Shown: positions 1 to 8,260 of the stretch, one piece after another
Numbering within the stretch: position 1 is the stretch's first letter
Layout of the letters: each line of letters begins with the position of its first letter
IMG/VR virus record: IMGVR_UViG_3300005764_000061
Coordinates: 1 to 29,791 of that record
Source of the DNA: a virus
Lineage: Duplodnaviria; Caudoviricetes
Reading direction: 5' to 3' (one strand)
DNA: 29,791 nt
Translations under genes and position numbers: made by a program
The notes under the pieces: model-generated
Seen by the model: the letters and a program-made list of their open reading frames with translations, nothing else
Databases searched by the model: none
What the model was told of the DNA's origin: nothing

Positions 1-226
1 AGTGAGAGTTTACATAATACCTCAACTGAGACATTGAGAATTCACACCACTATATATAGACACTGCCACTTTACATAGGAGCCTGTGGAAAACTCGAGAA
101 ACAGCCGGCCCTAGGGTCAAAACGGCACTTGTCACGATCCGGGCTTAACCCCCCTCCGGTAGGGCGGAGATTTTTAAACCCCAGTGAGGTGGGGCGGAGA
201 AAAATTTGTCAAGGGGGAGGGTAAGC

Positions 227-332
227 GTTACGATTAAAGTTACGGATAGCGTTACGAATGGGCCAGTTTGTAACGCTATTTGTAACGAATTCGTAGCGCA
301 GATCGTAACGGATAGTAACGGTATTCATAACG
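227..332. repeat. Cluster of GTTACG/GTAACG hexamers with about 10-12 bp spacing (iteron-like)
   Basis: GTTACG at 227, 239, 251; GTAACG at 270, 282, 305, 315; ATAACG at 327. The GTTAC core switches orientation midway. Confidence 0.75.
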
Positions 333-346
333 GAGATGGTCACTTT

Positions 347-712
347 ATGGATGTGAAGGAGAGGATGAGGCGGTATCGGGCGAGGAAGAGGGGGGAGGTG
401 GTGGAGAAGTTGAAGCCGGGTCCGAAGGTGGGGAGTCGGCCGTATGTGGAGGAGAGAAGCACCACCGTAACGCCACCAAGAGACGACCAAGAGACGACCA
501 AGACGCCACCACGGAAAACGAAATATGGGCGGGATGAGGCGGAAACGCAGGAAGTACGCACGAAAGACGCAGGAAAAACGCAGGAAAGACCACCGGATCT
601 TCAGAACTGGAGGGAGAAGCGGGCAGGGGGGAAGGTGATCTGGCAGTGTCGGGGGTGTGGGACGTGGTGGGGGGCGAGGCATACGATGGGGTGTCGGTAT
701 GGGGGTGAATGA
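347..712 (+). CDS. Hypothetical basic protein with C-terminal Zn-finger-like motif
   Basis: ATG at 347 within ORF 206..712. Basic helix ERMRRYRARKR, low-complexity linker, C-terminal WQCRGCGTWWGARHTMGC. Stop overlaps the next start (ATGA). Confidence 0.65.
   Translation: MDVKERMRRYRARKRGEVVEKLKPGPKVGSRPYVEERSTTVTPPRDDQETTKTPPRKTKYGRDEAETQEVRTKDAGKTQERPPDLQNWREKRAGGKVIWQCRGCGTWWGARHTMGCRYGGE
475..586 (+). repeat. Two sets of 11-bp-period direct repeats
   Basis: ACCAAGAGACG at 475 and 486 with a partial copy at 497; ACGCA(G/C)GAA at 545, 556, 567, 578. Confidence 0.85.
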
Positions 713-1017
713 TGTTGGGTCTCCTGTGGTACGACCGCGAGGGATGTCCGATCAGTGTTCAAGATGCGAATCGGAAGCTGGGGGATCGGGAATACAAGCG
801 GGTGGATGCGACGACATTGCCGGATGGGAAGTGGGTGTCGACGGTATGGTTGGGGTTGAACCACCGATGGGGTCCAGGGCCGCCGCTCATCTTTGAGACG
901 ATGGTGTTTGAGTCGGAGGAGAATTTGGAAGAGGTCGACATGGAGCGCTACGCGACGGAGAACGAGGCGATTCTGGGACATCAGCGCATGGTTGCCAAAT
1001 ACGCAGGGGTGAAATGA
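709..1017 (+). CDS. Conserved phage hypothetical protein
   Basis: Motif VSTVWLGLNH...PLIFETMVF...RYATE.EA..GH, which I recognise as a recurring small phage protein family; translationally coupled. Confidence 0.8.
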   Translation: MMLGLLWYDREGCPISVQDANRKLGDREYKRVDATTLPDGKWVSTVWLGLNHRWGPGPPLIFETMVFESEENLEEVDMERYATENEAILGHQRMVAKYAGVK

Positions 1018-1215
1018 ATGAGTGAGCCGAATTATCGATGTCCGGTGTGTGGATGGATGTCCACGATGATCTTGGGGCCGGAGCAGGCGTTTTGCACGAA
1101 CGAGAAGGGGTGCGATGTGCTGTCGTTCAATCCGTCGTTGGAGGATGGGGGATTGTCGAACATGAAGTTCCTCGATGTGACAGGGTTGTTCGAGGAAAAG
1201 AAGCCGAATTCCTGA
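1018..1215 (+). CDS. Small Zn-ribbon-like protein
   Basis: CPVC...FCTNEKGC; starts directly after the previous stop. Confidence 0.7.
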   Translation: MSEPNYRCPVCGWMSTMILGPEQAFCTNEKGCDVLSFNPSLEDGGLSNMKFLDVTGLFEEKKPNS

Positions 1216-1233
1216 GAAATCAAGAAAATTCCG

Positions 1234-1262
1234 TTGAGTTTTGGGGGCATGGAGTGTATACG
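1234..1262 (+). promoter_or_regulatory. Sigma70-like promoter
   Basis: TTGAGT (1234-1239), 17-bp spacer, TATACG (1257-1262), upstream of ATG 1282. Confidence 0.45.
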
Positions 1263-1281
1263 TAGTCGTCTGAGACTTTAC

Positions 1282-1560
1282 ATGATGAAGACGAAGCAGC
1301 CGATTTTGTATTTCGATCTACCGATCACCAAGGTGCAGCGATTGTTAGGTTCGCTGAAGGGGGGAATCGCGATCGGGACCTTTTCGGCGGAAGACTATTT
1401 GATGCCGATCATCATGGTCACCAGTGCGGAGCGACCCGAGACGCTACGATTCGTTTTGCCCTATGGGGTGGATTCGAATGGGGTATGTATCGCGGCGTCG
1501 AAGGAAATCATCACTGTGCTCCAACGGTGGTTCAAGTCGATCGAGATGAAAGAGGAATAA
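1282..1560 (+). CDS. Hypothetical protein
   Basis: ORF 1234..1560; ATG 1282 preferred because it lies downstream of the putative promoter. Confidence 0.6.
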   Translation: MMKTKQPILYFDLPITKVQRLLGSLKGGIAIGTFSAEDYLMPIIMVTSAERPETLRFVLPYGVDSNGVCIAASKEIITVLQRWFKSIEMKEE

Positions 1561-1584
1561 GAAAGCAAGGAAAGGAGTTCCAGT

Positions 1585-1722
1585 ATGGGGTTTCTGGCAG
1601 CGATTGTAGCCTCAGCCGTGCCTTGGGTGATCCCGGCGGTTGTGGCGTTGTTGGGAGGGGCGATCTTCAATGCGGGGATACGGACGGGGGTTCGGCAATC
1701 GAAAGAGGAGGACAAGGAATAG
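1585..1722 (+). CDS. Small single-TM membrane protein, 45 aa (not in the ORF track)
   Basis: AAGGAG RBS; MGFLAAIVASAVPWVIPAVVALLGGAIFNAGIRTGVRQSKEEDKE; TAG abuts the next ATG at 1723. Confidence 0.7.
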   Translation: MGFLAAIVASAVPWVIPAVVALLGGAIFNAGIRTGVRQSKEEDKE

Positions 1723-1968
1723 ATGAAAGGCCAAGTCCGGATTGAGCAGATGTTTGCCTTCATCGTGGTCGATGACGATGGGACCGAAGGCATTCCGGCG
1801 GTCCAGACGATGAATCTCGGCTACCCGACGGCATTGCCGCTGGTCGGGGCCGACATGGCGCGCATCGACTCCATCCGGCATTTTGCCCAGAAGATCGCAC
1901 GAGACATGAAGAAGCCGGTCATGCTCGTGAAATTCACGAAACGTGAGGAAGTGGAAATCATCCGATGA
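1723..1968 (+). CDS. Conserved phage hypothetical protein
   Basis: FAFIVVDDDGTEGIPA...PLVGAD..R pattern; AAGGA RBS; coupled to its neighbours. Confidence 0.75.
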   Translation: MKGQVRIEQMFAFIVVDDDGTEGIPAVQTMNLGYPTALPLVGADMARIDSIRHFAQKIARDMKKPVMLVKFTKREEVEIIR

Positions 1969-2153
1969 GGCACGTGGAGCAGGAAATCTTGGAGACGGCT
2001 CAGAACATTCTGGCCGGCGGTGGATTGACCGACGAGGAATATGCGGAGCTCATGGAACGGCTGAAGCCGGCGATTGCCGAAGAATTGAAGCGTGGCCACG
2101 ACGTGCGCCAGGAGACCGAGCGGCTCATGGAGTTGCTGCGCGCCAATACATAA
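1965..2153 (+). CDS. Small helical hypothetical protein
   Basis: ATGA overlap with the previous gene; acidic helical sequence. Confidence 0.65.
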   Translation: MRHVEQEILETAQNILAGGGLTDEEYAELMERLKPAIAEELKRGHDVRQETERLMELLRANT

Positions 2154-2183
2154 AAGGATGACAAACGAATGGAGGGTAGTCCG

Positions 2184-3047
2184 ATGAACAGGAGACGTTT
2201 TTTGGGGGCGAGTGCGGGGGTGGCGACGGGTTTAGCCGTTGGCCGAAAGCTTCAGTTTTTAGATCGGAAGGTCCAGGCCCAGGATATCGATTGGTGGACC
2301 TACACCTTGACGAATGAGGCGGCCGGGTTTCTGACACAGTTCAATCAGAATCTCGATGCGGGAGTGCCTGCCAATCAGATGAACTGGTATGGCTTTATGA
2401 GTGCAGCTCTGGCCATACGATCCATCGAGCGGGATTATGGCCTGGATGCCACACTGGAAAGTTGGTATGGATGGGATCCCGCCACCGCGATGGTGGATGC
2501 CGCCTACCAAGAAGGGAGTTGGGATTCCTTTCATGCCGTGGCCGCATTGCCGTATGTCGGTTTGGTGGTCGATAACGATCCGGCATGGGAGCAGTACCGA
2601 AGTTATCAGTCATCGGATGTCTGGATTTCCGGCAATGGTCCCTTGTCGACACCGAATGAAGCCGGTTGGGCCGAATATGCCATGCGACCCGCGTTGTTCA
2701 CCATTCCCAAAAATGATCCTCCTCCACCACCTGAAGACAACGCGATCATGCGCCTACATGGGGGATTGGATGCCGCGACGATTGCAACCTGCGATTGCGA
2801 AATCTATCCGTGGTATCAGTCGACGAGCCCATCCTTGCCGCGGGTACCGCTCGAATCCGGCATTCTGTGGTGGCCCCTGTTCAAGGCCGATCAATGCAAA
2901 CTGCTGAATTGGTCGATCTATCTGGCAACCACGACGGCGATCTTCGTCAACAACTCGCCGTTAGGCCAAAGCTACAAAGCAGCCAGGATCGCGGCGTCGC
3001 TGATTCCGGTGATTCTGACAGCGGCGAGTAAATCTTTTTGTAGCTAA
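2184..3047 (+). CDS. Twin-arginine (Tat) exported protein with hydrophobic, Cys-flanked C-terminus
   Basis: GGAGG RBS at 2171; MNRRRFLGASAGVATGLAVG...VQA/QD fits the S/T-R-R-x-F-L consensus; proline linker PPPPPE. Confidence 0.8.
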   Translation: MNRRRFLGASAGVATGLAVGRKLQFLDRKVQAQDIDWWTYTLTNEAAGFLTQFNQNLDAGVPANQMNWYGFMSAALAIRSIERDYGLDATLESWYGWDPATAMVDAAYQEGSWDSFHAVAALPYVGLVVDNDPAWEQYRSYQSSDVWISGNGPLSTPNEAGWAEYAMRPALFTIPKNDPPPPPEDNAIMRLHGGLDAATIATCDCEIYPWYQSTSPSLPRVPLESGILWWPLFKADQCKLLNWSIYLATTTAIFVNNSPLGQSYKAARIAASLIPVILTAASKSFCS

Positions 3048-3057
3048 GGAGGCTTCG

Positions 3058-3318
3058 ATGCGAAGGGAAGATCTCGTGAGACGAGCAGCCACCCAAGTTC
3101 CAGCTCTGATCGTGACGTTGTTGACGCTATGGACCATGCGTGCCATGAACCCCTTTCCGACGGTGCGCGATGTCGTGATCGGTGCCGTCGTCATGGGAAT
3201 CACGTTGCAGCTGATTCCAAAGTTCGCCCACCTACCTGCCACACGGAAATACAGGCTCCTGGCGTTAGCGGCAACCATCGGGATTGCGATTGGCGCTTAC
3301 ATGATTCCACGACTATGA
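3058..3318 (+). CDS. Small 3-TM membrane protein (immunity-like or holin-like)
   Basis: TAAGGAGG RBS; three hydrophobic segments in 86 aa. Confidence 0.75.
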   Translation: MRREDLVRRAATQVPALIVTLLTLWTMRAMNPFPTVRDVVIGAVVMGITLQLIPKFAHLPATRKYRLLALAATIGIAIGAYMIPRL

Positions 3319-3494
3319 CGCCGAAATCGAAGCGTGCGGATGACGGACATCCCACCAAGAAAGTGGATGTTGAGGATGATTGTCCATGCGCGTACAGCTG
3401 CAAGGAAATCTGTCCATGCACTGAAAATTGTCCGTGCGCCGAATTGCATGATCCGGCTTTGGACCGATGCCATTCGATGAAAATCAAGAAATAG
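3315..3494 (+). CDS. Cys-rich metallothionein-like peptide, 59 aa
   Basis: ATG 3315 overlaps the previous TGA; CPCAYSCKEICPCTENCPCAELHDPALDRCH contains 8 Cys and 2 His. Confidence 0.65.
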   Translation: MTPKSKRADDGHPTKKVDVEDDCPCAYSCKEICPCTENCPCAELHDPALDRCHSMKIKK

Positions 3495-3575
3495 GAAAGG
3501 AGGTGCGCCGAGAGAATCCAAAAACCCTGAAGTACAACTTAAAAGTCTAGCATTACGATACGCAAGAAACGAGAA

Positions 3576-3612
3576 AAGCCCGGCAGGCTCTGTCATTTCC
3601 TGCCGGGCTTCT
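3576..3612. terminator. Intrinsic terminator, probably bidirectional
   Basis: AAGCCCGGCAGG, 11-nt loop, CCTGCCGGGCTT; A-tract on the left and pyrimidine tract on the right. Confidence 0.8.
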
Positions 3613-3697
3613 TCGTCTCTTTGGTGCCTTCTTCTGCGGAATCGTGGGACGATTCTAGCACATGGTTCATTCACAATTTAAAGGAAGAGATGTCCAC

Positions 3698-4909
3698 ATG
3701 AAGTATTCACGAATTCTTGGTTTAACTCTCGGGATGGTGACCTTTGTCACCGTCGCCCAAGCCCAAAGTTTCAATCTGCTCTGGGAATCGACGACGTTCC
3801 GTAGCCCTTCAGACAGCGCCCAATCGGTCGCGGCATTGCGGAACCGGGTGATTGCCGGCGAAGTCTTAGGCCGTGCCGATAACTCGGGCCAAGACGTTCT
3901 GGTGAAAGCCTTCAACCCGACAACCGGCCACCTCGTGTGGACGGATGAAATCAGCGACGGCTACTGGGTACGTGTCGAAACGGCAGGTGATCTGGCGGTT
4001 GCCGCTATCGCCAGGACCACACCGGAGTTGCTCCTCCGCGGCTACGACTTGAAGACGGGCGATATCCGCTGGACAGCGCACACGAGTCTCGATTTGCCGA
4101 AAGCGGTTCTTGTCCGGAACGGGCGTATTGCCGTCGTCGGATATTCGCAGGTAACGGATCCATCGACGGGACTGTTCCTCGTGGCGGGAGTGATCCTCGT
4201 CCATGACTTGGGCACCGGTCGCGAACTCTGGCGGGTGGAGGAGGTCCAGCCGCCGATCATCCCGCTGAAGGATACCATCTTTCTGGATCTGGACGATCAA
4301 GCACGGAATCTGATCGTCATCGGAACGGTCGGTCAAACGGAGTTGCATGTGCGTTCCTATCGATTCACCGATGGGTTTCTCCGCTGGGAACAAGTGGTTC
4401 CGAATACCTTCGCCATGCAGGTCGAGATTTCGGGCCATGAAGCCGTCATTGCGGGGTTTTCCAATGGGGCAACCTATCTCGTCGCCTTCGATATCGGCAC
4501 GGGCCATCTCCTCTGGCAAGCGGCACCCGAAATGGGCCGTGCCTTCACGTGGCTCCGCCTCACAGCCACTCAGGTGATCGTGAGCGGCACGTTTACCATT
4601 CAAGCCTATGATCGCTTGTCCCATGAGGTGGTGTGGCGGAAACCGTTAACGGCCGATCAAGCGATTCCGCACATCCGTCCTATCGGCCGCTTCCTCGCTG
4701 TCGCTGAAATCGATTCGCCGTTGTTTGGTCCTCCAACCACATCGCTCCAGTTGCTCGATCCCGCAACGGGCGACACGGTATTCGACCTGCCGTTATCGAC
4801 AGCGATCGTCCGAGATGCTCTGGTGTTCCAGAATCGTTTGATCCTTGTTGGCTCTTCCGATGCCGGCGCCTTTGTCAAGGTGTTTGCGATCGAGCCCGTC
4901 GATCCCTAA
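3698..4909 (+). CDS. Secreted PQQ-binding-like (BamB-like) beta-propeller protein
   Basis: Signal peptide MKYSRILGLTLGMVTFVTVAQA/Q; repeated Trp-docking motifs (AFNPTTGHLVW, GYDLKTGDIRW, HDLGTGRELW, AFDIGTGHLLW). Confidence 0.85.
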   Translation: MKYSRILGLTLGMVTFVTVAQAQSFNLLWESTTFRSPSDSAQSVAALRNRVIAGEVLGRADNSGQDVLVKAFNPTTGHLVWTDEISDGYWVRVETAGDLAVAAIARTTPELLLRGYDLKTGDIRWTAHTSLDLPKAVLVRNGRIAVVGYSQVTDPSTGLFLVAGVILVHDLGTGRELWRVEEVQPPIIPLKDTIFLDLDDQARNLIVIGTVGQTELHVRSYRFTDGFLRWEQVVPNTFAMQVEISGHEAVIAGFSNGATYLVAFDIGTGHLLWQAAPEMGRAFTWLRLTATQVIVSGTFTIQAYDRLSHEVVWRKPLTADQAIPHIRPIGRFLAVAEIDSPLFGPPTTSLQLLDPATGDTVFDLPLSTAIVRDALVFQNRLILVGSSDAGAFVKVFAIEPVDP

Positions 4910-4993
4910 ACGACGTGTGGCCCTCAACGTCCCGCCTCATGACAGCCACGATTACCGTAAAAGGTCGCTTCATGAACGGGACGCCGAGGAACC

Positions 4994-5022
4994 TTGACCT
5001 CGGGAGGGCCTCCCTCTATAAC
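4994..5022 (+). promoter_or_regulatory. Sigma70-like promoter of the packaging operon
   Basis: TTGACC, 17-bp spacer, TATAAC; the spacer contains the inverted repeat GGGAG-ggc-CTCCC. Confidence 0.65.
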
Positions 5023-5031
5023 CTATCTCTC

Positions 5032-5139
5032 GTGAATGAGCGCGGCTTGGAGATCCTCTTTGCCGTGGTGATCGCCATTGCCGTCGTGGCCATCGTTGCG
5101 CTATTGATGATTCTCGCGATTCGCGTGGGGATGCGATGA
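5032..5139 (+). CDS. Small single-TM peptide, 35 aa
   Basis: GTG 9 nt after the -10 box; MNERGLEILFAVVIAIAVVAIVALLMILAIRVGMR; ATGA overlap with the next gene. Confidence 0.55.
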   Translation: MNERGLEILFAVVIAIAVVAIVALLMILAIRVGMR

Positions 5140-5801
5140 ATCCAGAAAAACCCGAGAAGAAGCCGAAGCGTCCCGTCGGTCCCAATCACCATTATGCGCC
5201 GCCCATGAAGAAGGGCGAGTCGCGTAAGATTCCCGATGCCGAAAAGGAAGTCGCTTGGGATGAGCTCGTCCGCCTCCGCATCCGCGGCTTGACGCTTGCC
5301 GAATGCGCGCAACGTCTCGGGTATGCGGGCAAGACCATCCACACTTGGGTGAACAAACCCGAGTTTCAACTCAAACTGTCGCGCACGCGCGAACTCGTTT
5401 TTCATATGGTCGAGCCGAAGCTGGAAGCCATGGCCGAGCACGCCGCCGACATTATTGAACAGCGCATCGAAGAAGTGATGGAACGCTACTCGAAGGAAGG
5501 CATTCTGAAAATCCGGCAAGTGATGCATGACTCGGAAAGTGAGGCGTTGCAGTTGAAGGCGGCGATTGATTTAGCGGATCGCGGAATGCGGACATCGAAA
5601 ACGAAGAAGATTCAGGGGGCGGTGGGTGTATCCTTCCTCACACCCGAGTTGTTGTTGAAAGCCGCGAAAGTGGCGCGGGAGGCATTGGAGAACGAGGAAG
5701 TGGGCAAGATCGTCGAAGCCGTCCCTCTCGATGAAACCATGAATCCCGATATCCCTCTGGAGGAGAATACCGATGACCCCGAAGGACCCGAAGACGACTG
5801 A
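5136..5801 (+). CDS. Terminase small subunit-like HTH protein
   Basis: HTH GLTLAECAQRLGYAGKTIHTWV, LKAAIDLADRG motif, position upstream of TerL. Confidence 0.65.
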   Translation: MNPEKPEKKPKRPVGPNHHYAPPMKKGESRKIPDAEKEVAWDELVRLRIRGLTLAECAQRLGYAGKTIHTWVNKPEFQLKLSRTRELVFHMVEPKLEAMAEHAADIIEQRIEEVMERYSKEGILKIRQVMHDSESEALQLKAAIDLADRGMRTSKTKKIQGAVGVSFLTPELLLKAAKVAREALENEEVGKIVEAVPLDETMNPDIPLEENTDDPEGPEDD

Positions 5802-6324
5802 CACCAAAGACGCCCCCCAGACCTTGCGCGAGCAGGTGAGCGATAAGGAAGCGGAACTGGTCGTGGGCAAACCGCTCGATACGACACCTCCGCCGCCCCC
5901 CGAGCCGCCCGCTGCGGTCGATCCTCAAAAAGCCGCAGCCAATCGGAAAATGCTTCTGGAACTAGATGCCCATGATGTGCGGCGCGAAGGATCTCCGATC
6001 ACCCAGGCGCAAGGCTCCGGCCCCGTCCATTACATGCCGCCTGGCCCGCTCGTCGTGACCGCCGATGCCGTGCTTGCTGCCCAAGGGATGCTCGATCCTT
6101 CGAAGGCGGAAGCTTTGATCGCGGATGAAGAGAAATTCCAGAGGCCCGGTTTTGTCGATGCCTTGAAGCAAAGGATGCAGGCGGATGTGAAATCTCAAGA
6201 GGAGTCGATTCAGAATCAGATTGACGAGCTCCAGAAGAAACTCGCGGATCTGAAGAAGTCCAATGGCAACGGTGGCAGTCCCTCCTCGACGGCAGAGAAG
6301 ATTCACGCGGCGCCAAAGAAGTAA
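5773..6324 (+). CDS. Hypothetical Pro-rich/coiled-coil protein
   Basis: GGAGGAG RBS; C-terminal heptad repeat IQNQIDELQKKLADL. Confidence 0.7.
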   Translation: MTPKDPKTTDTKDAPQTLREQVSDKEAELVVGKPLDTTPPPPPEPPAAVDPQKAAANRKMLLELDAHDVRREGSPITQAQGSGPVHYMPPGPLVVTADAVLAAQGMLDPSKAEALIADEEKFQRPGFVDALKQRMQADVKSQEESIQNQIDELQKKLADLKKSNGNGGSPSSTAEKIHAAPKK

Positions 6325-6325
6325 A

Positions 6326-6541
6326 ATGGAATATCTCGTCGTGACGAGACGGCAACTCCAGCAGGGATACGTGGTTCTCGTCGGGGGAGATTCGATGTGG
6401 AATCCCAATGCGCCATTGCCGGTGATCGAGCATCGCGAATTCCATCTTGCCCGAGACAATGGCGACGGCACATTCGTCGTTTACAAGGATGATCGAGAGA
6501 CCGACCGATCCCGAGATCCTAACGCTCGCCGAAAAGGGTAA
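6326..6541 (+). CDS. Hypothetical protein
   Basis: ATG 1 nt after the previous stop (MEYLVVTRRQ...); overlaps the TerL start. Confidence 0.55.
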   Translation: MEYLVVTRRQLQQGYVVLVGGDSMWNPNAPLPVIEHREFHLARDNGDGTFVVYKDDRETDRSRDPNARRKG

Positions 6542-8075
6542 TGCCGAGGATGCCCTGGAGTGGTTTCGTCAAGAGGGCTCGAAATCACTCTACTTCTGGC
6601 TCAAGGTCATCCTCGGCTATCCCGATCTCACCGAAGCCTTCCACAAACCCATGTGCCGATGGCTGGAATCCACCGAATCCAATCTCGGCCGCATGCTTCT
6701 CGCCCCGCGCAAATTCCTGAAATCCACCTGCGTGAAAGGATGGATTCTCCGCAAACTCACCAAAGATCCCATGCAGGCGTTTCTCTTCGTCGGGGAGAAC
6801 GATGCCGTTGGCGCGAAGAACCTGATCGATCTGAAGTGGCATATCCGCTCCAATGTGCTCTTCCAGAAACTCTATCCCGCGCTCGTCCCCGCCGATTACG
6901 GCAAGAACTGGTCGGAAACCTCCATCACCATCCCCAGACCGGGATCGCGCGATGAGCCGACCATCCAAACGGTAGGTATTGGGGCGAAGGGAACCGGGTT
7001 TCACTACACCGGCATCCTCTATGATGACCCAATTGGACTGGAAGCTGCGAACTCCGAGGCCGAAATGATGCGCGCGTGGCGATGGTTTCAGGCGGCAAGT
7101 GGTTTATTCGAGAACGATAAAGCATGGGAACTGATCGTCGGTACCCGCTGGCGTCATGGCAAAGGGGATCTGTATGGTCGCATTCTCAAGGAGTTGCCCT
7201 ATCGCGTGGTGAGAGGACGACCGGAAGGATATGCGACCTATATAAGGTCGTGCTATAACGCGGACGGATCGCCGGCCTGGCCCGAACGCTATCCCCTGCA
7301 TGTCCTTGAAGCGTTAAGGAAAAGGATGGGCACGTACCTGTTCAACGCGAACATGGTGAATAATCCCACGGCCAAAGACGGCGGGGACTTCCCAACCTAC
7401 GACACCTACCGGATGTCCGAGGATCGCCAGTACGCCATCTTGGATATCGGCGATGGCGACGAAGAAAAGGTACGCCTCGCCGATCTCGTGCGTGTCATTG
7501 TTTACGATCCCTCATCCGGTGGAAAACAGGCCGAGGCGGAGAACGCGATTGTCGTGGCCGGCATGGATTCCAAACGCCGCATCCTCGCCCTCGATGTCTG
7601 GGCGAAGAACTGCGGATTCGGATTGGCGATCGAGAACTGGCATCGGTTGAACGATAAATGGAAACCGTGGCGCAACTGGTACGAAGCCGTGGGAGCTCAC
7701 AAGGCCGTCGATGAAATGATGAAGATGCGCCCGCAAGGGGTTTGCACGAGTTGCGGGAAAGTCCATCGGAAACTGCGCGCCTACGCCATCAAGCCCGACG
7801 ACCGTAATAAAGAGGACCGGATCCGCGCTCTGGCCCAGCCGGCCTTTGAGGAAGGGCGTGTGTTTATCGGGACACACCTACAGAAATTAAGGACACAGGT
7901 CGAAACCTTTCCTTACGGGGATCTCGTCGATGTCTTTGACGCGTTTGCGTATGCGGTGTCGAAACTCCGTCCGCCATTAGGCTATGCGGATGACGAGGAC
8001 CGCGAGCACGTCCAGGCACCGGTTCGTGCGCATCACGCGCGCTCGTTTACGGAATTCGATTACGGGGGTTACTGA
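6447..8075 (+). CDS. terL: Terminase large subunit
   Basis: Walker A-like APRKFLKST, Walker B ILYDDPI, coupling motif GTRW, nuclease YDPS and DLVDVFDA. The true start may be 6459 or 6489. Confidence 0.93.
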   Translation: MPETMATAHSSFTRMIERPTDPEILTLAEKGNAEDALEWFRQEGSKSLYFWLKVILGYPDLTEAFHKPMCRWLESTESNLGRMLLAPRKFLKSTCVKGWILRKLTKDPMQAFLFVGENDAVGAKNLIDLKWHIRSNVLFQKLYPALVPADYGKNWSETSITIPRPGSRDEPTIQTVGIGAKGTGFHYTGILYDDPIGLEAANSEAEMMRAWRWFQAASGLFENDKAWELIVGTRWRHGKGDLYGRILKELPYRVVRGRPEGYATYIRSCYNADGSPAWPERYPLHVLEALRKRMGTYLFNANMVNNPTAKDGGDFPTYDTYRMSEDRQYAILDIGDGDEEKVRLADLVRVIVYDPSSGGKQAEAENAIVVAGMDSKRRILALDVWAKNCGFGLAIENWHRLNDKWKPWRNWYEAVGAHKAVDEMMKMRPQGVCTSCGKVHRKLRAYAIKPDDRNKEDRIRALAQPAFEEGRVFIGTHLQKLRTQVETFPYGDLVDVFDAFAYAVSKLRPPLGYADDEDREHVQAPVRAHHARSFTEFDYGGY

Positions 8076-8105
8076 AAAAAACCGGCGGTAGCCAAACCGC
8101 CGGTT
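8076..8105 (-). terminator. Intrinsic terminator with its U-tract on the minus strand
   Basis: AAAAAACCGGCGGT-agccaa-ACCGCCGGTT. Confidence 0.75.
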
Positions 8106-8260
8106 CCGATGAAAGGGTCATCCGGTTGGGGATCGAATGACAAAAACGAATGGTGAGAAAAATCCTAGCATGATTCCCCGACCTTCTATATAAGGATGAT
8201 GCACCTTGCCTCCACATGGTGCTGTCACCCGATTCAGAAAAAACTGCTTAAGCCGCAGCA

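Noticed and set aside
184-212. Minus-strand TTGACA promoter
   Set aside because: No -10-like hexamer at the correct spacing.
475-586. Possible CRISPR mini-array
   Set aside because: Repeats are 9-11 bp and tandem with no unique spacers, and no cas genes are present.
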